A DNA stretch of 64,000 nucleotides, taken from assembly GCA_964638415.1 (NCBI GenBank), contig CAZWYP010000003.1, forward strand, positions 1,150 through 65,149, in the 5' to 3' direction. Under the pieces are notes generated by a model that was not told where the DNA came from, searched no databases, and saw only the letters and a program-made list of their open reading frames with translations. The translations under genes were made by a program, and so were the position numbers. Positions 1-7,359 of the stretch are shown here, piece after piece (positions within the stretch are counted from its first letter, which is position 1; each line of letters opens with the position of its first letter). The DNA is from an uncultured Gammaproteobacteria bacterium (lineage in GTDB: Bacteria; Patescibacteriota; Patescibacteriia; UBA1558; GWA2-36-10).

Positions 1-525
1 TTCAATAATGTTATTACCACAAACCGGATCTGGCGGCGGTGAATCTCCCCCACCTTCCTCTACCACTGTTGCAGTATACTCATAGCAATGATTGACATAG
101 AAAGTAGAATCAGAAACTCTTTTGACATAGTAGCCAGTATCATTACTAGTGGTGGCTAAGGGATCTACTGGTAAAGTGCCAATATAAGGCTCCATTAGAG
201 AAGCTAGGTCTTTTCTAGCTATATCTTGTTTTAAAGATTGGCAGTTGGTGGTTCCGGTAGTTAAGCCACCGGAAGACACTAACATATAGGGAGTATTGAG
301 GCTTAAGGCAGTTAAAGCGGCTGGAGTGTTATAATTATTACCTTCTATGACTTGACTGAAGCATTTTTCCAGCTCTTCGCAGTTTTTGTCTCTAATGGCG
401 TTTTGGGCTTCGCCTAAGCGCTTAGCCGGGTTAACAGCTACAAAAATAGCAACAGCTAAGATGCCAATAACTGCTAAAACTATGATTAATTCTATTAGGG
501 TGAAGCCACGATAATTAGTAATCAT
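1..525 (-). CDS. Type IV pilin-like protein (prepilin-type N-terminal domain), copy A. The C-terminal end runs off the window start.
   Basis: Reverse-strand ORF starting with ATG at 523-525. N-terminus is MITNYRG|FTLIELIIVLAVIGILAVAIF, i.e. a short leader ending in Gly followed by the FTLIE hydrophobic helix of a class III signal peptide. Positions 60-507 are near-identical to 19335-19782. Confidence 0.8.
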   Translation of the reverse strand, partial: MITNYRGFTLIELIIVLAVIGILAVAIFVAVNPAKRLGEAQNAIRDKNCEELEKCFSQVIEGNNYNTPAALTALSLNTPYMLVSSGGLTTGTTNCQSLKQDIARKDLASLMEPYIGTLPVDPLATTSNDTGYYVKRVSDSTFYVNHCYEYTATVVEEGGGDSPPPDPVCGNNIIE

Positions 526-570
526 AGATTTATTTAATGCTCTAATTATAAATCTAAAGATTTTTTCTGT

Positions 571-597
571 AAACAAAAACCCCCTGTTTTCCAGGGA
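571..597 (-). terminator. Rho-independent terminator downstream of the cupredoxin gene
   Basis: On the minus strand: CCCTG stem, GAAAA loop, CAGGG, then GUUUUUGUUU (plus-strand text cccctgttttccaggg preceded by aaacaaaaac). Confidence 0.55.
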
Positions 598-607
598 GCT
601 TTTAAGT

Positions 608-1108
608 TTATTCTACTATTAATTTTCCAAACATGCCCATTGCCCGGTGCTGGCCAACTGAACAGTAATATTCAAAAATACCGGCTTTGTCCGCAACAAA
701 CTCTATGGACGCTTCACCACTTTTAATCTGTGGAGTTCTAACATTGAATTCGTCAATTACTACATCATGGAAGCCATCCTCTATCTTCATGGTTAGTCTA
801 ACTTTGTTTCCTTGCTTTACTTTTATTTCCTTAACGGAATATTCAAAATTTTTAGCCATTAAAGTAAAGGCTTTAACTTCTCCTGTTGACTCTTCTTCAG
901 TAACTACCTGGTTATTATTTTCTTCTGAAGCATTGTTTACCTGCGGTTGCTCATTATTTACTTGGTTTGCCGGCTCTGGTTCAGTTTTGGACTGGCTGTT
1001 AACCAAATAATACCCCGCTGCTAAAACTGCCAAAACAATAATAATAATCCATAAGCCTTTATTACTCTTGCCACTGGCTGGCATATTTTGATTCATTTGT
1101 TCTTCCAT
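608..1108 (-). CDS. Membrane-anchored cupredoxin-domain (blue-copper-like) protein
   Basis: N-terminal TM helix (LWIIIIVLAVLAAGYYLV), a low-complexity N/Q/E-rich linker, and a C-terminal ~100 aa domain with a His...Cys-x4-His-x2..4-Met arrangement (DGFHD ... YYCSVGQHRAMGM) typical of type-1 copper sites. Confidence 0.55.
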   Translation of the reverse strand: MEEQMNQNMPASGKSNKGLWIIIIVLAVLAAGYYLVNSQSKTEPEPANQVNNEQPQVNNASEENNNQVVTEEESTGEVKAFTLMAKNFEYSVKEIKVKQGNKVRLTMKIEDGFHDVVIDEFNVRTPQIKSGEASIEFVADKAGIFEYYCSVGQHRAMGMFGKLIVE

Positions 1109-1175
1109 GCTTTTTATTTTAATAATTAGTTTCTATACTTCTTTAAATAATATTATAAACATAATAACCAGTCAA

Positions 1176-2708
1176 CTAGACTAGCTCGCCGCCAAAAGTA
1201 TCAACAATCTCACCTATACCCTCTTCAAATCTGCCTTTAAACCGCTGATGATTTTCCTGGTAATTAGCATCAAGTTCTGCTGAAAAATTAATTGGGCGCC
1301 CAATGATTTTACTTAAATTATCCATAATCTGCTGTTTGGCATCAGCTTTAGATAATTGCTCAATATGGAAGCTGTATTCGCAGCCAATAATTGCCTTATC
1401 TCCAACCAAAGAGAGTAAATGGCTGTTCTGCAGAACCGCCGATAAAGAGTGGTTGAAAGGGCGGGTCAATTCAATTAATTCCGACCAGCGGCTTTTTAAA
1501 GAATCATATTCGCCGCTATTTGTTTTTTGTTCAGCTATTGGAACCTCTTTAGTAATTAGCTGTTCTTTTATTGTCTCCTTATTACTCTTAGAAAAGCTGA
1601 CTGGCACCTGCTCAGCAGTGCTTAACAAAAATTCTACGCAAGCCAGTTCCAAGGGTAATTGGTCAATTAAAGAAGCATTTTTAGCCTGCATTTTATTAAG
1701 CAGAATATTTAACAGTCGAGCCAGCTCAGGCAGCGGAAAATTAGCCGCATGCTTTTTAATTATTTCCGCAATGTTATCGTCAAAATCCAGGGTATAATCT
1801 GAACCAATGATCTGGCAAAGCATAATCTGCCGCAAATATTCCAATAAATCTGAAGTTAAACTATCCAAATCCACTCCTTCATTAACTAATTTGTTTATCT
1901 GGTTTAAGGCGGCTGTTAAATTATGCAAACGCAAAGCTTCCACTAAAACGTCTATTTCCTGCCAATTGCTGCGCGGTAAAACCAAAGAAACTAAATCATC
2001 GGTTACTTTACCATGGCTTAAGGAGATAATCTGCCCTAACAACGATTCTGCATCCCGCAAAGAGCCTTCTGCTCTCCGCGCAATAGCTGATAGCACTGGG
2101 TCATCGATACTAACTTTTTCCCATTCCACAATCTCCGTTAAGCGCTTTACAATCTCGCTTTGGGATATTTTCTTGAAATCAAAACGCTGGCAGCGGGAAA
2201 TAATCGTTTCCGGCACTTTATGAATCTCGGTGGTGGCTAAGATGAAAATAACCTGCTGGGGCGGCTCTTCCAAAGTCTTAAGCAAGGCATTGAAAGCCGA
2301 CTTAGACAACATATGAACCTCATCGATAATAAACACCTTATATCCCTTAGCGTTAAATGGAGGCACTTGGGCATTGGCAATAATATTCTCCCGGACATTA
2401 TCTACTCCAGTGTGGGAAGCGGCATCAATTTCGATGATATCTAATGACCGTCCTTGAGCTAATAATTCGCAGTTCTGGCAATGATTACAGGGCTCAGACT
2501 CATTAGCCTGGCGATTTAGACAATTTAAAGAACGCGCAAATAAGCGCGCTAAAGTTGTCTTACCGGTACCTCGCGGCCCGACTAATAGATAAGCATGGGC
2601 TAATTTACCAGATAAAATTTCATTCTGGAGGGTGATTTTAATTGGCCGTTGACCAACTACCTCAGAAAATTGCTGAGGACGATATTTGCGATAAATTACT
2701 TCCGCCAT
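1176..2708 (-). CDS. dnaX: DNA polymerase III subunit gamma/tau
   Basis: N-terminus YRKYRPQQFSEVVGQ...AHAYLLVGPRGTGKTT (AAA+ Walker A) and a CxxC zinc module (CNHCQNC). Length 510 aa. Confidence 0.93.
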   Translation of the reverse strand: MAEVIYRKYRPQQFSEVVGQRPIKITLQNEILSGKLAHAYLLVGPRGTGKTTLARLFARSLNCLNRQANESEPCNHCQNCELLAQGRSLDIIEIDAASHTGVDNVRENIIANAQVPPFNAKGYKVFIIDEVHMLSKSAFNALLKTLEEPPQQVIFILATTEIHKVPETIISRCQRFDFKKISQSEIVKRLTEIVEWEKVSIDDPVLSAIARRAEGSLRDAESLLGQIISLSHGKVTDDLVSLVLPRSNWQEIDVLVEALRLHNLTAALNQINKLVNEGVDLDSLTSDLLEYLRQIMLCQIIGSDYTLDFDDNIAEIIKKHAANFPLPELARLLNILLNKMQAKNASLIDQLPLELACVEFLLSTAEQVPVSFSKSNKETIKEQLITKEVPIAEQKTNSGEYDSLKSRWSELIELTRPFNHSLSAVLQNSHLLSLVGDKAIIGCEYSFHIEQLSKADAKQQIMDNLSKIIGRPINFSAELDANYQENHQRFKGRFEEGIGEIVDTFGGELV

Positions 2709-2709
2709 G

Positions 2710-3345
2710 TTATAAGCTTATTTCCAAATCTTCAACTTCCTTATGCTTTTTGGAACTAGGCTTTTTAATAATATTCTCCACGGCGGCCCAGGTGCTGTCA
2801 TCTTCTTTCGGCACCAGGATCACTACTTCATCACCTTCTTCACCTTTGAAGTAAGTAACTGAAGCTAATAATACTTTGAAAATCTTATCACCAGCCAGCA
2901 CTACGAATTCTCCAGATTTCTGGTCTTTTACCAAATGACCGACTAAACGGCGCCTATCTACCGGAGAAATCTGCTTAAAAATGAAAGCACCAGTGCGATC
3001 AATGGTTAATTTCAAAATATCGCCTTCAACCAATTTTGACTTGGAAGCATAATTAGCCGGTACCGAATATTGCTTGCCGTCAGGACCGATCATAATTTGC
3101 CCGTCAAAAACCCCCTCTACCACCAGACCATTATCCTCATAACTCTCTTTACCTACCTCTGCTGCCTTGGTGCTGTAATCCACTGCTTCCTTGGTTTTTC
3201 TACCGGACAATTCTCCCAAAATCATCTTGGTTTTTTTCAGCTCTAATTCCAAATTGTAAACCAAAGATTCAAGCTCTTTGATCTGTTTTGCTTTTTGCAT
3301 TTTTATTTCTTTTTCTGTTTTGGTTTCGTATTTAAATAATAACAT
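2710..3345 (-). CDS. Hypothetical protein with an N-terminal coiled-coil
   Basis: Long ORF with codon usage matching its neighbours, directly downstream of dnaX. No motif I recognise. Confidence 0.5.
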   Translation of the reverse strand: MLLFKYETKTEKEIKMQKAKQIKELESLVYNLELELKKTKMILGELSGRKTKEAVDYSTKAAEVGKESYEDNGLVVEGVFDGQIMIGPDGKQYSVPANYASKSKLVEGDILKLTIDRTGAFIFKQISPVDRRRLVGHLVKDQKSGEFVVLAGDKIFKVLLASVTYFKGEEGDEVVILVPKEDDSTWAAVENIIKKPSSKKHKEVEDLEISL

Positions 3346-3367
3346 AAATATACTTCTTTTTCAACAA

Positions 3368-3782
3368 TAGAAAAAGCGCCCTAAGAGTTGGTCTTTCGAC
3401 TTTTTCTTTTGGGCGCCTAACTGGCAAGGATTTCGTCGGTGTGCATGGTCGCGCCGGTTGCTGGGTTTTTCACTTTTCTCCGAAGAGTTAAGCGTAACCA
3501 GTCTGGCTTGAGAGAAATCAATCTCTTTTTGCATGGTGTCAGAACAACTTTGACGAGTCACCTTTTTTAAGGGTGAAAGGTTAAATTGAGCCAACTATGA
3601 CTACTTTCCAATGCCGTCTTCCTGGCAAATCACTGCTCGTTTTCAACGAAATATCTTACCGGGTGGGCTCGAATTCACGTGAGGAGAGAAAATGAAGCGC
3701 AGGAAGTATTCATCTGCGGAGTAGAAACCCGAGGGTTTCATTACCACTTCAGAAAACTTAGTAAGAACAAGTGACAAAGAGT
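3368..3782 (-). ncRNA. Candidate structured non-coding RNA of unknown class, in a GC-rich island in the 530-bp gap between the ATPase gene and the hypothetical gene
   Basis: Local GC is well above the flanks. It is bounded upstream (minus strand) by a sigma70-like TTGACG-N16-TAAGAT element and downstream by a GC stem (GGCGCC...GGGCGC) followed by UUUUU. Internal hairpins include GAAACCC-GAG-GGGUUUC and a CUC-UUCG-GAG tetraloop. The only ORF in it (77 aa, very basic) looks spurious. I could not match tmRNA, SRP RNA or RNase P consensus. Confidence 0.3.
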
Positions 3783-3810
3783 ATCTTAGCATATTATATA
3801 TATTCGTCAA
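3783..3810 (-). promoter_or_regulatory. Putative sigma70-type promoter (TTGACG-N16-TAAGAT) driving the candidate ncRNA
   Basis: Reverse complement of 3783-3810 reads TTGACGaatatatataatatgcTAAGAT. It lies downstream of the ATPase stop, so it cannot be that gene's promoter. Confidence 0.3.
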
Positions 3811-3877
3811 GGGTTATAAAAATGGCTAATTTTAGCCATTTCTATAATACTTATCCACAATAAATTCTTTATAGTCT

Positions 3878-6328
3878 TCAAATAATATTCAATCTCTGGC
3901 TTACTTCTGCTTCAATCTGCTGCCGATCTTTGCCATATTTAAGCTTAGAAAGCTGCTTAATCGCCTGCGCTAGCTCAAAATTACCTTTCTCTGGCATAAT
4001 CGGGTTAAAATTAAAGGCTGGTGGGTTCTGGTTGTTAATCAATAACCGAATATAGCAAGTATACTTAGGCATATTTACCAGATCATACTGGCTGACTACC
4101 GGGGCCATTTGCTTGGCAATTAATTCCGCATCCTCTACTCCAATCCTAAAAGAAATAATTGTTCCCACATTACCAAAGATAGCATCTCTGACTTTAGTAT
4201 CATTATTCTTAGTTAATTGGGCAATAAACTGATGGGCTAAAATTAAATTCAGGCGGTATTTGCGCGCTTCAGAAAGAATAACGGAAATAGTATCAGTGAC
4301 AAAATTCTGGAATTCATCAATGTAAAGATAGAAATCATGGCGCTGTTCTTCAGCCTTGTCTGCACTGGATAAAGCAGCAAATAAAATCTTACCGATGATT
4401 ATCATGCCCAGAAGGTTGCTGTTCATTTCCCCTACCTTGCCTTTGGATAGATTAACCAAGACAATCTTATTCTGCTCAATGGCTTCGCGGAATTTAAAAG
4501 CACTTTTCTCTTGGGAAATAATCGGCCTAATTAAATCATTGGAAATAAACGGTGTCAGTTTAGAAGTAATGTAAGGCACCATATTAGCCAAAGCTGCTTC
4601 CCCACCAGCTTTCTGCGCTTCCTTTTCCCAGAAATCTTTGACAAAACGATTACTCACCGCTGCTAATTTCTGTTTGCGGTATTCCGCATCGGCTAATACC
4701 TTGGGAATTTCAATAAGGGTTGCCTGGTTATTAGGATCATCCATTACTAGCAGCATGGCATTGCGCATATACTGCTCAAACATCGGACCGCCAGTAGCTT
4801 TCAAATCATAGAGCTTGTCAAAAATAGCAATCATTTCATTGATCACAAAAGTCTTCTGCTCTTCCGTGTCGTATTCCAACATGTTCAAGCCTAACGGACG
4901 ACTGCTGTCAGCTGGATCAAATAAAATAACGTCTTCAGCTCTTTCTTTGGGAATATGCGCTAAAACTTTCTCTACCAAATCTCCATGCGGATCTACCACA
5001 CAGACGCCTTTGCCATTGGCAATATCCTGAATGATTAAGCTTTCCTGCAAAACAGATTTACCGACGCCGGTTTGACCAATAATATACATATGCCGGCGGC
5101 GATCATCATCCTTAATTCTTACCAAGGTTTCTTTATTGCGATAAACATTCTTGCCTAAAACCACTCCTTCTTGAGGCATATCCACCGGCGGAGCAGCTTT
5201 AGTAGCTTCCAGCCAGACAATATTAGGCGTGGCAGTAGTTTCCAAAGGCAAATGAATTACACTGGTCATTTCTTCAGCATTAAGCAATATTTTGCTTTTT
5301 TCCGAAAATTGCCGGTAAATAAAACTCGTTAATAATTCACTAATATTCTTAGGGATGGTGGCTTTAAAGCTATTGCCGAATTCATAGATATTATATTGGG
5401 TAAAGCTATTTAAAAGATCCTGCAGCAAATTCTGTGATCTAACAGCGTCGGGAGTGGCTACCACCACCCTAATATTAACATCTAAGCCTGGCTTAGAGCT
5501 TTTTTCTTCAATCATTTTAACTGACTGCTGCTCCATGGTAGACAACTGATGGCGTTCTTCAGATTTTGACTGCTCATCTGTTTTTTTACTAGTAGAAAAC
5601 AAATTAAGAACAAAGTTTAAAAACCAAGTAATTAGTTTAAAGAAATCCCAGCCACCCGTCTTATTAACTGCCTCGCTTAAACTCATTCCTTTGCCTATAT
5701 TCTTGGAAATGTTCCGACTCTGCTGCCGCCATTGCTTAGGCGCTGATCTAAATAAATACTGGATAGCTGCTGCTTCATTGGCCATTAACTTACTGCCGGC
5801 ATTAGTTATTGCTTCCATGGGGTCGTTTTCAAAAGCCTGGTAAGTTTTAATAGGTAAAGCGGGATTTTGGCTGAATTTAAGATAACCAGCTCTAATCTGG
5901 GAATCTTTCTGGAAGATATTATAATCCTTAACTTCTTCAAAATTAACCTTGGGATAAGCTACCTGCACCTGCTGGATAAAATATTCTTGGTATTTCTTCG
6001 GCACTGCGACATAAAAAAATATCTGCCCGGCTTGAGAAACTATTTCAACGGCAAATAAATCTTCTCTGGGACCAAACCATTTTTTTTCCGCTTTCAGACC
6101 AGCTAGAGAAGTAAACAGGGTTTCAATCTGCCCCAATGATTTCTGAACAAAATCTTTACTAGCTTCTGGTAGTTCCGCCTTGGTAAACTTAGGAACCTTA
6201 ATTAAGAATAAAGATAAGGCAATGTTTTTATTCGGTTTGTATTTTTTAGAAAAAATAAAAATCAGAGTAACAAAAAATATAAGTAGTAAAACCAAAATAA
6301 CAATTAAAGTGGGTAAGCTAATATCCAT
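3878..6328 (-). CDS. Membrane-anchored P-loop ATPase of the VirD4/TraG/TrwB (type IV coupling protein) / FtsK-HerA superfamily, with a ~400-aa N-terminal domain of unknown function
   Basis: Single N-terminal TM (LIVILVLLLIFFVTLIFIF). Walker A YIIGQTGVGKSVL is followed by the T4CP-type VVDPHGDL motif. Walker B is FYLYIDEFQNF, followed by a LILAHQ (SQ-like) sensor. Length 816 aa. Confidence 0.7.
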   Translation of the reverse strand: MDISLPTLIVILVLLLIFFVTLIFIFSKKYKPNKNIALSLFLIKVPKFTKAELPEASKDFVQKSLGQIETLFTSLAGLKAEKKWFGPREDLFAVEIVSQAGQIFFYVAVPKKYQEYFIQQVQVAYPKVNFEEVKDYNIFQKDSQIRAGYLKFSQNPALPIKTYQAFENDPMEAITNAGSKLMANEAAAIQYLFRSAPKQWRQQSRNISKNIGKGMSLSEAVNKTGGWDFFKLITWFLNFVLNLFSTSKKTDEQSKSEERHQLSTMEQQSVKMIEEKSSKPGLDVNIRVVVATPDAVRSQNLLQDLLNSFTQYNIYEFGNSFKATIPKNISELLTSFIYRQFSEKSKILLNAEEMTSVIHLPLETTATPNIVWLEATKAAPPVDMPQEGVVLGKNVYRNKETLVRIKDDDRRRHMYIIGQTGVGKSVLQESLIIQDIANGKGVCVVDPHGDLVEKVLAHIPKERAEDVILFDPADSSRPLGLNMLEYDTEEQKTFVINEMIAIFDKLYDLKATGGPMFEQYMRNAMLLVMDDPNNQATLIEIPKVLADAEYRKQKLAAVSNRFVKDFWEKEAQKAGGEAALANMVPYITSKLTPFISNDLIRPIISQEKSAFKFREAIEQNKIVLVNLSKGKVGEMNSNLLGMIIIGKILFAALSSADKAEEQRHDFYLYIDEFQNFVTDTISVILSEARKYRLNLILAHQFIAQLTKNNDTKVRDAIFGNVGTIISFRIGVEDAELIAKQMAPVVSQYDLVNMPKYTCYIRLLINNQNPPAFNFNPIMPEKGNFELAQAIKQLSKLKYGKDRQQIEAEVSQRLNII

Positions 6329-6333
6329 GACTA

Positions 6334-6801
6334 TTACTTATGCTGGTACATTGACCAAATTTCATCTGCCTTAATTTTGGCTTCCTGCTCCAAGAAATGT
6401 CGGTTGACTTTGGGTATTATTTTCAGCCAGTCAATAATTAAATCAATAAGCTTGGCTACAGTAGCTTTGGCACTATTTAGCAAAGCAGTAATCTTCTTAG
6501 CAGTTTCTTCTCCTTTAGCCTTGAATTCCTGCTGTTTAATCGGATCCATATCCAAAAAGATGCTATCAAGTCCCGTGGCTAAAACTGCCTCCACTTTAGC
6601 TAAGATAATTTGATCACTAGCCGCCATTGGCTTAGCTGCCGACATAGTTTGCGCCGACTGTAAAATTTCTGCAGCTAAGGCTTCTGTATTAGCTTGGCTT
6701 TGTTCTACTACTTGTTCTTTAGCTTGACTTGGCTTCTCCGGAGTTAATATTTGCTCTGGCTGCACCTTGGCTTGTTCAAACTTATTAACTAATTCATCCA
6801 T
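6334..6801 (-). CDS. Hypothetical A/Q/E-rich soluble helical protein
   Basis: 155-aa ORF sitting between the ATPase gene and the bPH gene with 5-7 bp gaps, so probably co-transcribed. Confidence 0.5.
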   Translation of the reverse strand: MDELVNKFEQAKVQPEQILTPEKPSQAKEQVVEQSQANTEALAAEILQSAQTMSAAKPMAASDQIILAKVEAVLATGLDSIFLDMDPIKQQEFKAKGEETAKKITALLNSAKATVAKLIDLIIDWLKIIPKVNRHFLEQEAKIKADEIWSMYQHK

Positions 6802-6808
6802 GGATATA

Positions 6809-7264
6809 TTATACCAGATTTTGCCTTTTTAAAGAAATTATTTGCTGGTAAATCTCTTCTGGATTAGTTAGTTTAGTTAAATGAAATTTGCCGTAATTAG
6901 TAAATAGTACCAGATTATTCTTTCCGCTTTTGCGCACAGAAATTATTTTAGCCAAACTAATCTGACCCGCTAATGAATATTTTTCGGCATTAACCAGCTT
7001 AAAATACAAAACTCTCTGGTCAGTCAATAAATAAACTCCCTGCTGCTTAAATACACTGCTAGCTAATAACAAAAACCAAAGAATAAGGAGAATAATCCAG
7101 AAAATAAAGCCTTCTTTACCGGCTTGCCATAAGGGATACAGTAAAAAGAAAATGAAAGGTAATAACAAAAAAATAATCAGCTGTAAAATCCGATTATTCT
7201 TCTGGCGATTAGACTTAACAATCGCTATTTCATTATTTCTTAAAAATTTGCTAAACTTATCCAT
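6809..7264 (-). CDS. Membrane protein with a bacterial PH (bPH_2/YdbS-like) domain
   Basis: Two TM helices followed by YLLTDQRVLYFKL...LVLFTNYGKFHLTKL, the bPH_2 pattern. Confidence 0.55.
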   Translation of the reverse strand: MDKFSKFLRNNEIAIVKSNRQKNNRILQLIIFLLLPFIFFLLYPLWQAGKEGFIFWIILLILWFLLLASSVFKQQGVYLLTDQRVLYFKLVNAEKYSLAGQISLAKIISVRKSGKNNLVLFTNYGKFHLTKLTNPEEIYQQIISLKRQNLV

Positions 7265-7359
7265 ATGCTAAAAAGAAAAACTTTAAAAACCATCTGGGTG
7301 ATTATTTCCATCTTCATGATCCTATCCATGATTCTCTGGACTATTGGCGCTGGCGGATA

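Noticed and set aside
687-1010. Plus-strand ORFs (687-1010, 1303-1797, 1807-2223, 2642-2854) antisense to the cupredoxin and dnaX genes
   Set aside because: They are fully nested in or opposite strong, motif-bearing genes and are low-complexity shadow frames. No RBS or independent signals.
1176-2708. Programmed -1 frameshift site in dnaX (tau/gamma)
   Set aside because: No canonical A-AAA-AAG slippery heptamer followed by a stem-loop in the coding strand.
3361-3594. 77-aa minus-strand ORF inside the GC-rich gap
   Set aside because: Very basic and Arg/Ser-rich, with no RBS. It lies in a region whose GC and hairpin content look like structured RNA, so I treated it as non-coding.
3368-3790. 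Specific identity of the GC-rich element as tmRNA, SRP RNA, 6S RNA, RNase P or a riboswitch
   Set aside because: I searched by eye for tmRNA ends (GGGG…UCGAC / tRNA-like GGUUCGANUCC…CCA), SRP helix-8 (AGGUCAGG…GGAAGCAGC), RNase P P4 strands and B12/TPP boxes on both strands. None matched convincingly, and RNase P is already accounted for at 18.4 kb. Class left open.
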